A model generated the notes under the pieces. It was not told the origin of the DNA. It saw only the letters and a program-made list of their open reading frames with translations, and ran no database searches. 64,000 nt of DNA from Clostridia bacterium (GTDB taxonomy: Bacteria; Bacillota; Clostridia; Oscillospirales; Acutalibacteraceae): positions 1,818 through 65,817 of the forward strand of contig JAKSQX010000003.1 in the NCBI GenBank assembly GCA_024403955.1, given 5' to 3'. Shown here piece after piece: positions 30,374 to 39,175 of the stretch (position 1 is the first letter of the stretch; each line of letters opens with the position of its first letter). A program made the translations under genes and the position numbers.

Positions 30374-31344
30374 TGAAGTATTCAGTTCCACTTAGTAAAG
30401 TTATTGAGGCCGAAGGCTATACAAAGATTTTCATGCCTGTTCCTGCAGAAGAGGTAATGGTAACTTGTATCGAAGTTTCCCGTCCTGGACTTATGCTTGC
30501 GAGAAATGACGTAAACTTTTCTCCTGAGCGTATTCAGTTCATCGGTAAGTCTGAGATGCTCTATCTTATGAACCTTCCAAGGGAAGAAATTAGACATGAC
30601 TGTATCAACAGACTTATGTCTACAAATCCTTTAGCTATAGTATTTTCAATAGCAATCACACCTGAACTTGTATCAATTTTCATGCCTTACGCAGAGAAGT
30701 ATAAAGTTCCACTTTTAAAGAGTGAGGACGAGACTTCATTTGCGGTTTCTTCACTCGTTTCATACTTGAATGTTGAACTTGCAGAGCGTGAATCAAGACA
30801 TGGCGTTTTGGTAGAAGTATTTGGTGAAGGTGTACTCATCACTGGTGACAGTGGTGTGGGTAAGTCTGAGAACGTTGTTGAGCTTATCAACCGCGGTCAT
30901 CGCCTTGTTGCTGACGACTCAGTTGAAATCCGTAAAGTGTCGAAGAAGACGCTCGTAGGTTCAGCTCCTGACAACATTCGACACTTTATTGAACTTCGTG
31001 GTGTCGGCATTATCGATGCCCGTCGACTTTTCGGTATGAAGTCAGTAAAGAACACATCAAGAATTGACCTTGTTGTAGATCTTGAAGCTTGGGATGAGAC
31101 TAAGGCATATGAGAGAATGGGTATCGATGATGAGACAATTGACATCCTCGGTGTAAACGTTCCTCTCTGTACAGTTCCAGTTTCTCCAGGCCGAAATCTC
31201 GCTGTAATCATCGAAGTTGCAGCTATCAACAACCGTCAGAAAAAGATGGGATATAACTCTGCTAAGGAACTTCTCGCCAACCTCGGTATGCTTGATGAAG
31301 AGAACGATAACAAGCCTACTGACCTTGACGTATGGCACCAGTAA
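30373..31344 (+). CDS. hprK: HPr kinase/phosphorylase
   Basis: Walker A GDSGVGKSE and the signature FIELRGVGIIDARRLFG. The start overlaps the reductase stop (TAATG). Confidence 0.93.
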   Translation: MKYSVPLSKVIEAEGYTKIFMPVPAEEVMVTCIEVSRPGLMLARNDVNFSPERIQFIGKSEMLYLMNLPREEIRHDCINRLMSTNPLAIVFSIAITPELVSIFMPYAEKYKVPLLKSEDETSFAVSSLVSYLNVELAERESRHGVLVEVFGEGVLITGDSGVGKSENVVELINRGHRLVADDSVEIRKVSKKTLVGSAPDNIRHFIELRGVGIIDARRLFGMKSVKNTSRIDLVVDLEAWDETKAYERMGIDDETIDILGVNVPLCTVPVSPGRNLAVIIEVAAINNRQKKMGYNSAKELLANLGMLDEENDNKPTDLDVWHQ

Positions 31345-31388
31345 AAAAATTAAAGCCAGTGCACTGAAGGCACTGGCTTAATTTTTTT
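31344..31388. terminator. bidirectional intrinsic terminator between convergent hprK and pntB
   Basis: AAGCCAGTGC / GCACTGGCTT stem flanked by an A-run and a T-run. Confidence 0.85.
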
Positions 31389-31396
31389 GTCTTCTA

Positions 31397-33391
31397 TTAG
31401 AAGAGTGCGATAAGTTTTGAAACAGATTCCTTAGCATCACCGAGGAAGATCTCAGCTTTGTCGCTTGTGTAGAGTGGGTTCTCAACACCAGCATAACCTG
31501 GCTTCAAGTCGAAGTTACAGATGATGATATTCTTAGAATCAGCAACTGAGAGTACTGGCATGCCATAAATTGGTGTGCCTTCAGCTTCCTTAGCTGCTGG
31601 GTTTGTTACGTCATTAGCACCGACAACGATTGTAAGATCAGTGTTCTTAAAGTCGTCATCGATAGCTTTCATCTCGAAGAGCTGATCATAATCAACATCA
31701 ACTTCAGCGAGGAGTACGTTCATGTGACCAGGCATACGACCAGCAACAGGGTGGATAGCGTAACGTACGTTTGCACCGTTTGCTGCGAGCTTATCAGCGA
31801 GCTGTTTAACGTTAGCCTGTGCTTGAGCAAGTGCCATACCATAACCTGGTACGATGATTACGTTCTTAGCGTTTTTAAGTGTTGCGCCGACATTTGACTT
31901 AGCCTCAGCCTTTGGAGCTTCAGCAGCCTTTGCAGGAGCAGCATTATCGTCGCCATCCATTGCTGTAATAAGCTTTGAAACAGATTCCTTAGCGTCGCCG
32001 AGGAAGATTTCAACGCCTTCCTCACGTGTGTAGAGAGGATTCTCTACGCCAGCGTAACCAGGCTTTAAGTCAAAGTTGCAGATGATGATGTTCTTTGTAT
32101 CAGCAACTGAGAGTACTGGCATGCCATAAATAGGTGTGCCCTCAGCTTCCTTAGCTGCTGGGTTAGTAACGTCGTTAGCACCAACGATGATAGCGAGGTC
32201 AGCGTTCTTGAAGTCATCATCAATAGCCTTCATCTCGAAGAGCTGATCATAGTCAACGTCAACTTCTGCAAGTAATACGTTCATGTGACCAGGCATACGA
32301 CCTGCTACAGGGTGGATTGCGTAACGAACCTTAGCGCCATTAGCTTCAAGCTTGTCAGCGAGCTGCTTAACATTAGCCTGAGCCTGAGCAAGTGCCATAC
32401 CGTAACCAGGAATAATGATTACGTCTTTAGCGTTCTTGAGAAGAGAGCCAACTGATGGCTTGTTAGCTTTAGGAGCTTCTTCAACCTTAGGTTCTTCTTT
32501 TGGTTCTTCAGCCTTAACTTCTGCTTTTGGTTCAGCCTTCTTAGCAGCACCAGCAGATGTCTTACCAAGGAGGATGTCGAGGAGGCTTCTGTTCATAGCC
32601 TTACACATAATCTGTGTAAGGATGAGGCCTGAAGCACCAACGATACCGCCTACAGCAACGAGAAGAACGTCGCCGATTGCAAGACCAGCAATTGAACCTG
32701 CAACACCTGAGAAGGAGTTGAGGAGTGAAATTGTGATAGGCATATCGGCGCCACCAACTCTGATAGAGAAGAGGAGACCGAATGCGCATGCAAGTAAGAG
32801 ACCAACAACTACGAAAGCAATCATAGCGTTTGGAGCAAAGATTGCAACTACGCAGAGAATGAGTGAACCGAAGAGAGCAACCATTGTGAGTGGGCTGTGG
32901 CCCTTGATTACTACTGGCTTAGACTTCATAATTCCCTGGAGCTTAGAGGCTGCAACAAGTGAACCAACGAGTGTAACAATACCAACTACGAGTGCAAGCA
33001 TACCTGTGAAAATATCAAACCAAAGTGTCTTTGATGCTGGGTCAAGACCTGCAAGAAGTGTGAGTGCAGCAACGAATGCAGAAGCACCACCGCCGAAGCC
33101 GTTAAGAAGGGCAACGGTCTGAGGCATCTGGATCATCTTAACCTTCTTTGCAATCCAAGCACCGATGGCACCACCGATAAGCATTGCAATGATGATAAAG
33201 GCAAGAGCTGCCTTAACATCAGGACCAAATACTTCATACTGAAGCATTGTGAGTATGATAGCTGCTGCCATACAAACAGCAGAAATAAGGTTACCGTTAT
33301 AGGCTTTCTCAACCTTACTCATAAGGTAAATACCGAGAAGAACACCTAAAACTAATATTGCGGAGATAATGTAATAAGCTGTACCGAGCAT
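31397..33391 (-). CDS. pntB: NAD(P) transhydrogenase subunit beta with tandemly duplicated dIII (NADP(H)-binding) domain
   Basis: ~280-aa polytopic dII domain, then two near-identical copies of GYGMALAQAQ...HPVAGRMPGHMNVLLAE...GANDVTNP...GMPVL. The copies are separated by Ala/Pro/Glu/Lys linkers. 664 aa. Confidence 0.9.
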   Translation of the reverse strand: MLGTAYYIISAILVLGVLLGIYLMSKVEKAYNGNLISAVCMAAAIILTMLQYEVFGPDVKAALAFIIIAMLIGGAIGAWIAKKVKMIQMPQTVALLNGFGGGASAFVAALTLLAGLDPASKTLWFDIFTGMLALVVGIVTLVGSLVAASKLQGIMKSKPVVIKGHSPLTMVALFGSLILCVVAIFAPNAMIAFVVVGLLLACAFGLLFSIRVGGADMPITISLLNSFSGVAGSIAGLAIGDVLLVAVGGIVGASGLILTQIMCKAMNRSLLDILLGKTSAGAAKKAEPKAEVKAEEPKEEPKVEEAPKANKPSVGSLLKNAKDVIIIPGYGMALAQAQANVKQLADKLEANGAKVRYAIHPVAGRMPGHMNVLLAEVDVDYDQLFEMKAIDDDFKNADLAIIVGANDVTNPAAKEAEGTPIYGMPVLSVADTKNIIICNFDLKPGYAGVENPLYTREEGVEIFLGDAKESVSKLITAMDGDDNAAPAKAAEAPKAEAKSNVGATLKNAKNVIIVPGYGMALAQAQANVKQLADKLAANGANVRYAIHPVAGRMPGHMNVLLAEVDVDYDQLFEMKAIDDDFKNTDLTIVVGANDVTNPAAKEAEGTPIYGMPVLSVADSKNIIICNFDLKPGYAGVENPLYTSDKAEIFLGDAKESVSKLIALF
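31400..31897 (-). repeat. intragenic repeat copy 2 (dIII-2, aa ~499-664 of PntB)
   Basis: Aligns with 31958-32458 at a 561-nt (187-codon) offset, with one codon indel and many substitutions. Confidence 0.9.
31958..32458 (-). repeat. intragenic repeat copy 1 (dIII-1, aa ~312-478 of PntB)
   Basis: See copy 2. For example, AGCAACTGAGAGTACTGGCATGCCATAAAT occurs at both 31541 and 32102. Confidence 0.9.
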
Positions 33392-33699
33392 TATTCTTTA
33401 CCTCCTTTATTATCTTTTTTCTTGAACATCTTGAGCATTCTACCAGTAACGCCGAAACCACCGATTACGTTAATCATGGCGAGGATGATAGCAATGGCAC
33501 CAAAGATGTAACCAATGACAGGATCGCCAGCTCTGCAGGCGATAACTGTTGAAGAAATAGCACCAAGTACTGTTACGCCTGAGAGGGCGTTCATACCTGA
33601 CATAAGTGGGGTATGGAGAAGACTTGGTACGTTGTTGATGAGTTTATAACCAACAATCATTGAAACAATGAAAACGATTACAAGAATAATTGGATTCAT
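33391..33699 (-). CDS. pntAB: NAD(P) transhydrogenase subunit alpha part 2 (membrane, PntAB)
   Basis: ~100-aa protein with three TM helices; MNPIILVIVFIV...LHTPLMSGMNALSGV is typical. ATG 33699 follows GGAGAA, and the stop overlaps the pntB ATG by 1 nt. The ORF-track start 33762 is rejected. Confidence 0.88.
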   Translation of the reverse strand: MNPIILVIVFIVSMIVGYKLINNVPSLLHTPLMSGMNALSGVTVLGAISSTVIACRAGDPVIGYIFGAIAIILAMINVIGGFGVTGRMLKMFKKKDNKGGKE

Positions 33700-33730
33700 C
33701 GAATTTTCTCCTTTGCCTTTTCTAAAAGAA

Positions 33731-33760
33731 AGCGCGGCCCCAGATAAGTGAAGCCGCGCC
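33731..33760 (-). promoter_or_regulatory. GC-rich hairpin plus U-rich tract between pntAA and pntAB (terminator-like attenuator or processing/stability element)
   Basis: On the minus strand, GCGCGGC-(13 nt)-GCCGCGC is followed by TTTCTTTT, inside the 86-nt pntAA-pntAB spacer. Confidence 0.45.
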
Positions 33761-33785
33761 AAATTACTTTGATGCGATTTAGGGA

Positions 33786-34943
33786 TTAAAGACCCATAGC
33801 CTCAAGAGCACCAGCATGAACAATCTTACCGTCGATTGTTGTAAGTGCTGACTTGATGATTTCATCTTCCATATCAAGAGCGATCTCGCCGTCTTTAGTC
33901 ATGAACTTAACGAGTTCGAGCATGTTGTTAGCAAACATCCATGTTGAAGATGTAGGAAGGATACCAGGAATATTCTTAGTACCAATAATTGTAACGCCGT
34001 GCTTCTGCTCGATAGAGCCCTTAGGAGTGATTTCACAGTTACCGCCCTGGTCGATAGCGATATCAACGATAACTGAACCTGGCTTCATTGTCTTAACCAT
34101 TTCTTCTGTGATGAGGATAGGAGCAAGTTTACCAGGAATAAGTGATGAACAGAAGATGATGTCCATGTCAGGAACTACCTTAGCAAGAACTTCCTGCTCA
34201 TGCTTAAGAACGTCATCAGGAAGACGAAGAGCGTATCCGCCAGGACCTACTGCGAGTTCTGCAGGAACTTCTACGTCGATGAGCTTAGCGCCGCAAGCGC
34301 CAACGCTCTCCTGTCCCATAGGACGGATATCAGCACCGTATGTCTGAGCACCGAGTGACTTAGCTGTTGTAAGAGCTCTCATACCAGCTACGCCAACACC
34401 GAGAACGAGTGCCTTTGCAGGTCTGATCTGACCAGCAGCACACATGATGTTAGGAATGAACCAAGGAAGTCTATCAGCAGCCATGATCATACCCTTGTAA
34501 CCAGCGCATGTTGACATTGATGAAAGAGCGTCCATTGACTGTGCACGTGAGATACGTGGGATACCATCGAGTGTTACAGAGATAACACCCTTAGCTGCCA
34601 TATCCTTAACCATCTGATGGTTAACAGGAGATGCAGGATGGATGAATGTGATGAGGTACTGGCCCTCATGCATCATTTCGATCTCGTGCTTACCCTTAGC
34701 GTCGTTAAAGAGTGGCTCTTTAACCTTAAGGATAACACTTGCCTTGTTGTAGAGATCCTCTACATCGTCAACGATTTCAGCACCAGCTGCAACGTAGTCA
34801 GCATCTGGATAGAAAGCGCCGGCACCAGCATTCTTCTCAACTAAAACTGTTGCGCCGAGTTTAACGTACTCTGCAACTGTTTCAGGAGTAGCTGCTACAC
34901 GATCTTCTTCGTGCATGATTTCTTTTGGAATACCGATAATCAT
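33786..34943 (-). CDS. pntAA: NAD(P) transhydrogenase subunit alpha part 1 (dI, alanine dehydrogenase/PNT fold)
   Basis: MIIGIPKEIMHEEDRVAATPETV plus the GVGVAG dinucleotide fold. 385 aa, first gene of the pnt operon. Confidence 0.92.
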   Translation of the reverse strand: MIIGIPKEIMHEEDRVAATPETVAEYVKLGATVLVEKNAGAGAFYPDADYVAAGAEIVDDVEDLYNKASVILKVKEPLFNDAKGKHEIEMMHEGQYLITFIHPASPVNHQMVKDMAAKGVISVTLDGIPRISRAQSMDALSSMSTCAGYKGMIMAADRLPWFIPNIMCAAGQIRPAKALVLGVGVAGMRALTTAKSLGAQTYGADIRPMGQESVGACGAKLIDVEVPAELAVGPGGYALRLPDDVLKHEQEVLAKVVPDMDIIFCSSLIPGKLAPILITEEMVKTMKPGSVIVDIAIDQGGNCEITPKGSIEQKHGVTIIGTKNIPGILPTSSTWMFANNMLELVKFMTKDGEIALDMEDEIIKSALTTIDGKIVHAGALEAMGL

Positions 34944-35022
34944 AGTATTTCCCTCCGTTTTTTATCTAAATTTTTATTACAAACCAAAATCGATTATAAC
35001 ACTTTGCAAAATCTAATGCTAC

Positions 35023-35041
35023 ACATTCGTATATAGAATGT
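35023..35041. promoter_or_regulatory. inverted repeat ACATTC-N7-GAATGT in the divergent pnt / transketolase-operon control region
   Basis: Perfect 6-bp arms in the 200-bp AT-rich spacer between pntAA and the gene at 35147. Confidence 0.25.
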
Positions 35042-35064
35042 ATTATAAATCAAAAATATATTAA

Positions 35065-35094
35065 TTGATATTTAGGGTGTTGAAGTGTTAAAAT
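35065..35094 (+). promoter_or_regulatory. candidate sigma-A promoter for the 35147-39973 operon
   Basis: TTGATA, 18-nt spacer, TAAAAT preceded by TGT. Confidence 0.4.
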
Positions 35095-35146
35095 ATTAAT
35101 GTACATCTTTCGCGCAAAAACACTTTGTAAAAAGGAGGAGACTAAA

Positions 35147-35911
35147 TTGAAAGATGCTAGAGCAATGGCGTTCGTAAACGCATATGGCGTTCTCGCTTGT
35201 CTTGAGAACGTATGTGATCTCGTTGATGAAGCAAAGGCAATCTGTGCTGATCTTAAGAATCCAGTTGCACTCGGATTCGCAGTAAAGAATGGCCCATCAT
35301 TCACATTGAGCTTCACAAAAGACGGTTGTAAATTCATTGAAGGTGTTGACGATTGCACATGCAAGATGTCATTCACATCTCCAGAAGCATTTAACAACCT
35401 CATTGACAACTCTGTACCTGGTATTCCAACAAAGAATCCTGTACAGGTTCTCACATTCCTTCTTGGTCCTTTCACCAAGCTCACAAATATTATGCAGAAA
35501 TATTTGCAGCCAGATGCTAAGGACATGAAGAATGCTGACTTCTTCGAGAAGTCAACAATCCTTACAATGTATGTAATCGGTGGAGCTATCTGTGCACTCG
35601 GAAACACAGATGAGATTTCTAAGCTCTCTGCTTCATACATCGTTGACGGTGAAATCTCTATGGGTATCACTGACAAAGTTTATATCACAATCACAGCTAG
35701 AAACCATTACCTTACTCTCACTAAGGATAAGGCAAAGAAGCCAAGAGCTAAGATGGAATTCAAGACTATTGAACTTGCTAATGGTCTTTTCAACGGCACA
35801 GCTTCTACAATGGGCGAACTCTGCGCAGGTAACATCTACATGGCTGGTATGATCAACATGATCGATAACATCAACCGTATCCTTGACAGAGTTGCTATAT
35901 ATCTTGCATAA
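35147..35911 (+). CDS. hypothetical protein with SCP2-like sequence pattern (paralogue of 39176-39973)
   Basis: TTG 35147 lies 8 nt after AAGGAGG. The C-terminus KMEFKTIELANGLFNGTASTMGELCAGNIYMAGMINMIDNINRIL fits the SCP2 'GKL...A...GKL.I.G' pattern. Same domain order as the gene at 39176. Confidence 0.6.
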   Translation: MKDARAMAFVNAYGVLACLENVCDLVDEAKAICADLKNPVALGFAVKNGPSFTLSFTKDGCKFIEGVDDCTCKMSFTSPEAFNNLIDNSVPGIPTKNPVQVLTFLLGPFTKLTNIMQKYLQPDAKDMKNADFFEKSTILTMYVIGGAICALGNTDEISKLSASYIVDGEISMGITDKVYITITARNHYLTLTKDKAKKPRAKMEFKTIELANGLFNGTASTMGELCAGNIYMAGMINMIDNINRILDRVAIYLA

Positions 35912-35925
35912 GGAGGGGACAGATA

Positions 35926-37200
35926 ATGAGTAAATATCCAGAATATTCACATGTTGAATCTAAAAAATGGTTTGATAGAGCACTCGCAGCTGTTCCATCA
36001 GGCGTTTACGGCCACCTCGGCCCATCAGAAGGACTTTTCCTTCCAATCACAAAATGGCCACTTATGTGTGACCACGCTAAAGGCACATACTTCTGGGATG
36101 TAGATGGTAACAAATACATCGACTATATGTGCGCTTATGGTCCTAACGTTCTCGGTTACTGCGATGACGACGTTGACGCAGCAGCTATTGAACAGCTTAA
36201 GAAGGGTAACTGCACAACATCTGTATCTTACAAGATGGTTGAATGCGCAGAGCTCCTTAAGGACACAGTTAACTGCGCAGACTGGGCTTTCTTCATGAAG
36301 AACGGTTCTGACGCAACAACATTCTCAGTAATGTGTGCTCGTGCACATACTGGTAAGAAGAAGATCGTATTCTTCAAGGGTTACTACCATGGTGACTTCC
36401 AGTGGGCTCAGAAGGCTGACTATCCTGGTATTCTTCCAGAAGAAGTTGCTAACAACGTAGTTATTCCTTGGTTCGATATGGAAGCTCTTCAGAGAGTTTG
36501 GGACGAAAATCACGGCGACGTAGCTGCTGTTATCGCTCAGCCTTATGACCACGGTAACTTCTACGACAACGTTTGCGCTACACCTGAGCAGTGGGCTGCA
36601 GTTCGTAAGTTCTGCGACGACCACGGTATGCTCCTCATCATCGATGATGTACGTGTAGGCTTCCGTCTTGACCTCGCTGGTTCTGACCATTACTACGGCT
36701 TCAAGGCAGACCTTATCTGCTTCTGCAAAGCTCTTGCTAATGGTTACAACATGTCTTGCGTATGCGGACAGGAGCACGTTAAGTCAACTGCTTCATCAGT
36801 AGTTTACACAGGTTCTTATTGGCTTTCAGCTGAACCATTCGCAGCTTGTATCGCTTGTATCAACAAGATGAAGAAGCTCGATACACCTACAATGTTCCGT
36901 CAGAAGGGCACAAAGCTCCTCGATGGTCTTGTAGCAGCTGGTAAAGAGCACAACATCGACCTTAAGGTTTCTGGTGAGCCAGCTCTCTTCTATTTCCGTA
37001 TTGCTAACGACGATGACCTTTATCTCCACCAGGAGTGGGTTGCTGAGTGCGTAAGCCGTGGTATCTTCTTCGCATCTCACCACAACCACTTTATCAACGC
37101 TTCTCTTTCTGATGATGATATCGACTACACAATCGATGTAGCTAACGATGCATTCTCAGTAGTAGCAGAGCGTCACCCTGATATGGGTCTCATCAAATAA
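35926..37200 (+). CDS. class-III (omega-type) PLP aminotransferase, glutamate-1-semialdehyde aminomutase-like
   Basis: KGTYFWDVDGNKYIDYMCAYGPNVLGY, DDVRVGFR and the PLP-lysine context FCKALANGYNMS. 424 aa. Confidence 0.8.
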   Translation: MSKYPEYSHVESKKWFDRALAAVPSGVYGHLGPSEGLFLPITKWPLMCDHAKGTYFWDVDGNKYIDYMCAYGPNVLGYCDDDVDAAAIEQLKKGNCTTSVSYKMVECAELLKDTVNCADWAFFMKNGSDATTFSVMCARAHTGKKKIVFFKGYYHGDFQWAQKADYPGILPEEVANNVVIPWFDMEALQRVWDENHGDVAAVIAQPYDHGNFYDNVCATPEQWAAVRKFCDDHGMLLIIDDVRVGFRLDLAGSDHYYGFKADLICFCKALANGYNMSCVCGQEHVKSTASSVVYTGSYWLSAEPFAACIACINKMKKLDTPTMFRQKGTKLLDGLVAAGKEHNIDLKVSGEPALFYFRIANDDDLYLHQEWVAECVSRGIFFASHHNHFINASLSDDDIDYTIDVANDAFSVVAERHPDMGLIK

Positions 37201-37249
37201 GGTTATAAAATAATTTTTATAAATTTTACTCGGAAAGGGGAAATCAAAA

Positions 37250-38143
37250 ATGCCTGCAAATTATGGTACTTTTGATAAAGCCGAATGGCTTCGCCTCGAA
37301 AAGAAGGCTGACGAACTTCGTCGTTTGACAGTTCAGACTTCTGTTTGGGGTGGTTCAGGACATTTGGGCGGTGCTATGTCATGTATCGATATTATGACAA
37401 TTCTTTATCATAGATTCATGAAGCTCGATCCAAAGAATCCTAAATATGAAGACAGAGACCGCTTCGTACTCTCAAAGGGTCACGCAGCAGTAGGTTATGC
37501 ACCAGTTCTCGTTGACTATGGTTACATGCCTATCGAAGAGCTCCAGATCTTCAACCTCACAGGTGCAAAAATCGGTATGCACCTTGACTCAAACAAGGTA
37601 AAGGGTGTTGACTACTCAACAGGTTCCCTTGGCCACGGTATTTCTCTTGGCGTTGGTGCAGCTCTTGCAGCTAAGCTTAAGGGCCAGGATTACATGACAT
37701 TCGTTCTCTGCGGCGACGGTGAGATGAACGAAGGTTCAAACTGGGAAGGTATCATGAGTGCTGCTCAGTTTAAACTTTCAAATCTCGTTGTTATGGTTGA
37801 TAACAACAAGTGCATGATCGATGGTCGTGTAGCAGACGAAATGAACATTGAACCTCTTGACGCTAAGTTCAAGGCTTTCAATTTCAAGACATATCGTATC
37901 GATGGACACGATTTCTCACAGCTTAACGCAGCTCTCGAAGAGGCTGTTAAGAACGCTAAGACAGGCGACAAGCCAACAGCTATCGTTCTTGACACATATA
38001 AGGGCGAAGGTATCGACTTCATGAAGGACAATTACCTCTGGCACTATGGCTCTCTTGATGAGGAAAAGCTTGCTCAGGCTTATGCATCACTTGATGCTAC
38101 TTATAAAGCACGTTGCGCTCGTGCAGAAAAGGAGGGCAAATAA
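37250..38143 (+). CDS. transketolase, N-terminal (TPP pyrophosphate-binding) subunit
   Basis: GGSGHLGGAMSCIDIMTILY, SKGHAAVGYAP and GDGEMNEGSNWE motifs of split transketolases. Confidence 0.88.
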   Translation: MPANYGTFDKAEWLRLEKKADELRRLTVQTSVWGGSGHLGGAMSCIDIMTILYHRFMKLDPKNPKYEDRDRFVLSKGHAAVGYAPVLVDYGYMPIEELQIFNLTGAKIGMHLDSNKVKGVDYSTGSLGHGISLGVGAALAAKLKGQDYMTFVLCGDGEMNEGSNWEGIMSAAQFKLSNLVVMVDNNKCMIDGRVADEMNIEPLDAKFKAFNFKTYRIDGHDFSQLNAALEEAVKNAKTGDKPTAIVLDTYKGEGIDFMKDNYLWHYGSLDEEKLAQAYASLDATYKARCARAEKEGK

Positions 38144-38145
38144 TA

Positions 38146-39159
38146 ATGGGTGGTATGTCTTACACCAGTATTGAAGCTGAACAGCTCACTACTGCAGAAT
38201 ATTATGGTAAAGCACTTCACGATTTAGGTGAACTTCATCCAGATGTTGTTGCTCTCACAGCTGACCTTGCTAAGTCAACAAAGATTGCTCCTTTCGTAAA
38301 GGCATTCCCAGAGAGACTTATCAACGTTGGTATCGCTGAGCAGAACATGTTTGGTATCGCTGCTGGTATGGCAAAGTGTGGATTCATTCCTTATGCTTCT
38401 ACATTCTCTATCTTCGCAGCTGCTCGTTCTCTTGACCAGATTCATACAGATATCTGCTATCAGAACGTTCCTGTTAAAATCCTTGCATCTCATGCAGGTA
38501 CATCTTTCGGTCAGGCTGGTTCAACTCACCATGCTATTATCGATATCGCTGCTGCACGTTCACTTCCTAACATGACAGTAATGTGCCCAGCTGATGGTGC
38601 TGAAGCTTATAAGCTTGTTATGGCATCATATGACATTCCAGGTCCTGTATACATTCGTATCAACCGTGGTTTCGACGCAGTTGTATACGAGGGTGGCCCA
38701 GACTCAGTTAACTTCGTATGGGATAAGGCTGACGAGCTTAAGAAGGGCAACGACGCTTGCTTTATCGGCGTTGGTGCTGGTGTTTATCAGGCTCTCCAGG
38801 CTGCTAATATCCTTGAGTATGACTGTGGTATTAACGCTCGCGTTCTTAACATGCATACAGTTAAGCCAATCGACAAGGAAGCAATCATCAGAGCTATTGA
38901 CGAGTGCGGTTGCATCGTAACAGTAGAAGACCACGTTATCCAGGGTGGTCTTGGTTCAGCAGTTGCTGAAGTTATCGCTGAATACGGCAAGCCATGCAAG
39001 TTCAAGATGCTTGGTCATGACAATAGCTTCTCAACAATCGGTCTTCAGGAAGACCTTCTCACAATCGCAGGCATCGATGCTAACGGCGTAGCTAAGGCAG
39101 CTGGCAAGCTCCTCGGCGTTGAAATCGGCGGCAAAGATAACTGGGATAACGAATATTAA
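38146..39159 (+). CDS. transketolase, C-terminal (pyrimidine-binding) subunit
   Basis: FPERLINVGIAEQNMFGIAAGMA plus the C-terminal transketolase domain. ATG 38146 is 2 nt after the N-subunit stop and follows AAGGAGGG. Confidence 0.88.
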   Translation: MGGMSYTSIEAEQLTTAEYYGKALHDLGELHPDVVALTADLAKSTKIAPFVKAFPERLINVGIAEQNMFGIAAGMAKCGFIPYASTFSIFAAARSLDQIHTDICYQNVPVKILASHAGTSFGQAGSTHHAIIDIAAARSLPNMTVMCPADGAEAYKLVMASYDIPGPVYIRINRGFDAVVYEGGPDSVNFVWDKADELKKGNDACFIGVGAGVYQALQAANILEYDCGINARVLNMHTVKPIDKEAIIRAIDECGCIVTVEDHVIQGGLGSAVAEVIAEYGKPCKFKMLGHDNSFSTIGLQEDLLTIAGIDANGVAKAAGKLLGVEIGGKDNWDNEY

Positions 39160-39175
39160 TAAGGAGGAAAGAATT

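Noticed and set aside
31400-32458. Possibility that the pntB internal repeat is an assembly artefact or a very recent duplication
   Set aside because: The two 0.5-kb copies differ at many positions, both silent and replacement, and by one codon indel. They stay in frame and are joined by a distinct linker. Collapsed or expanded repeats from mis-assembly would be identical. Read-level confirmation is still desirable.
32415-34347. 235-aa and 164-aa plus-strand ORFs opposite pntB and pntAA
   Set aside because: They are antisense to strongly supported pnt genes, with Ala/Pro/Ser/Thr/Arg-rich shadow composition.
34944-35146. Rex (redox) operator upstream of the pnt operon
   Set aside because: I looked for TTGTGAA-N-TTCACAA and found none. 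The inverted repeat present (ACATTC-N7-GAATGT) has a different half-site, so no Rex assignment is justified.
35050-35676. 208-aa minus-strand ORF overlapping the first gene of the transketolase operon
   Set aside because: The plus-strand gene has a strong RBS, a paralogue at 39176 and operon context. The minus ORF would run through the promoter region and has no RBS.
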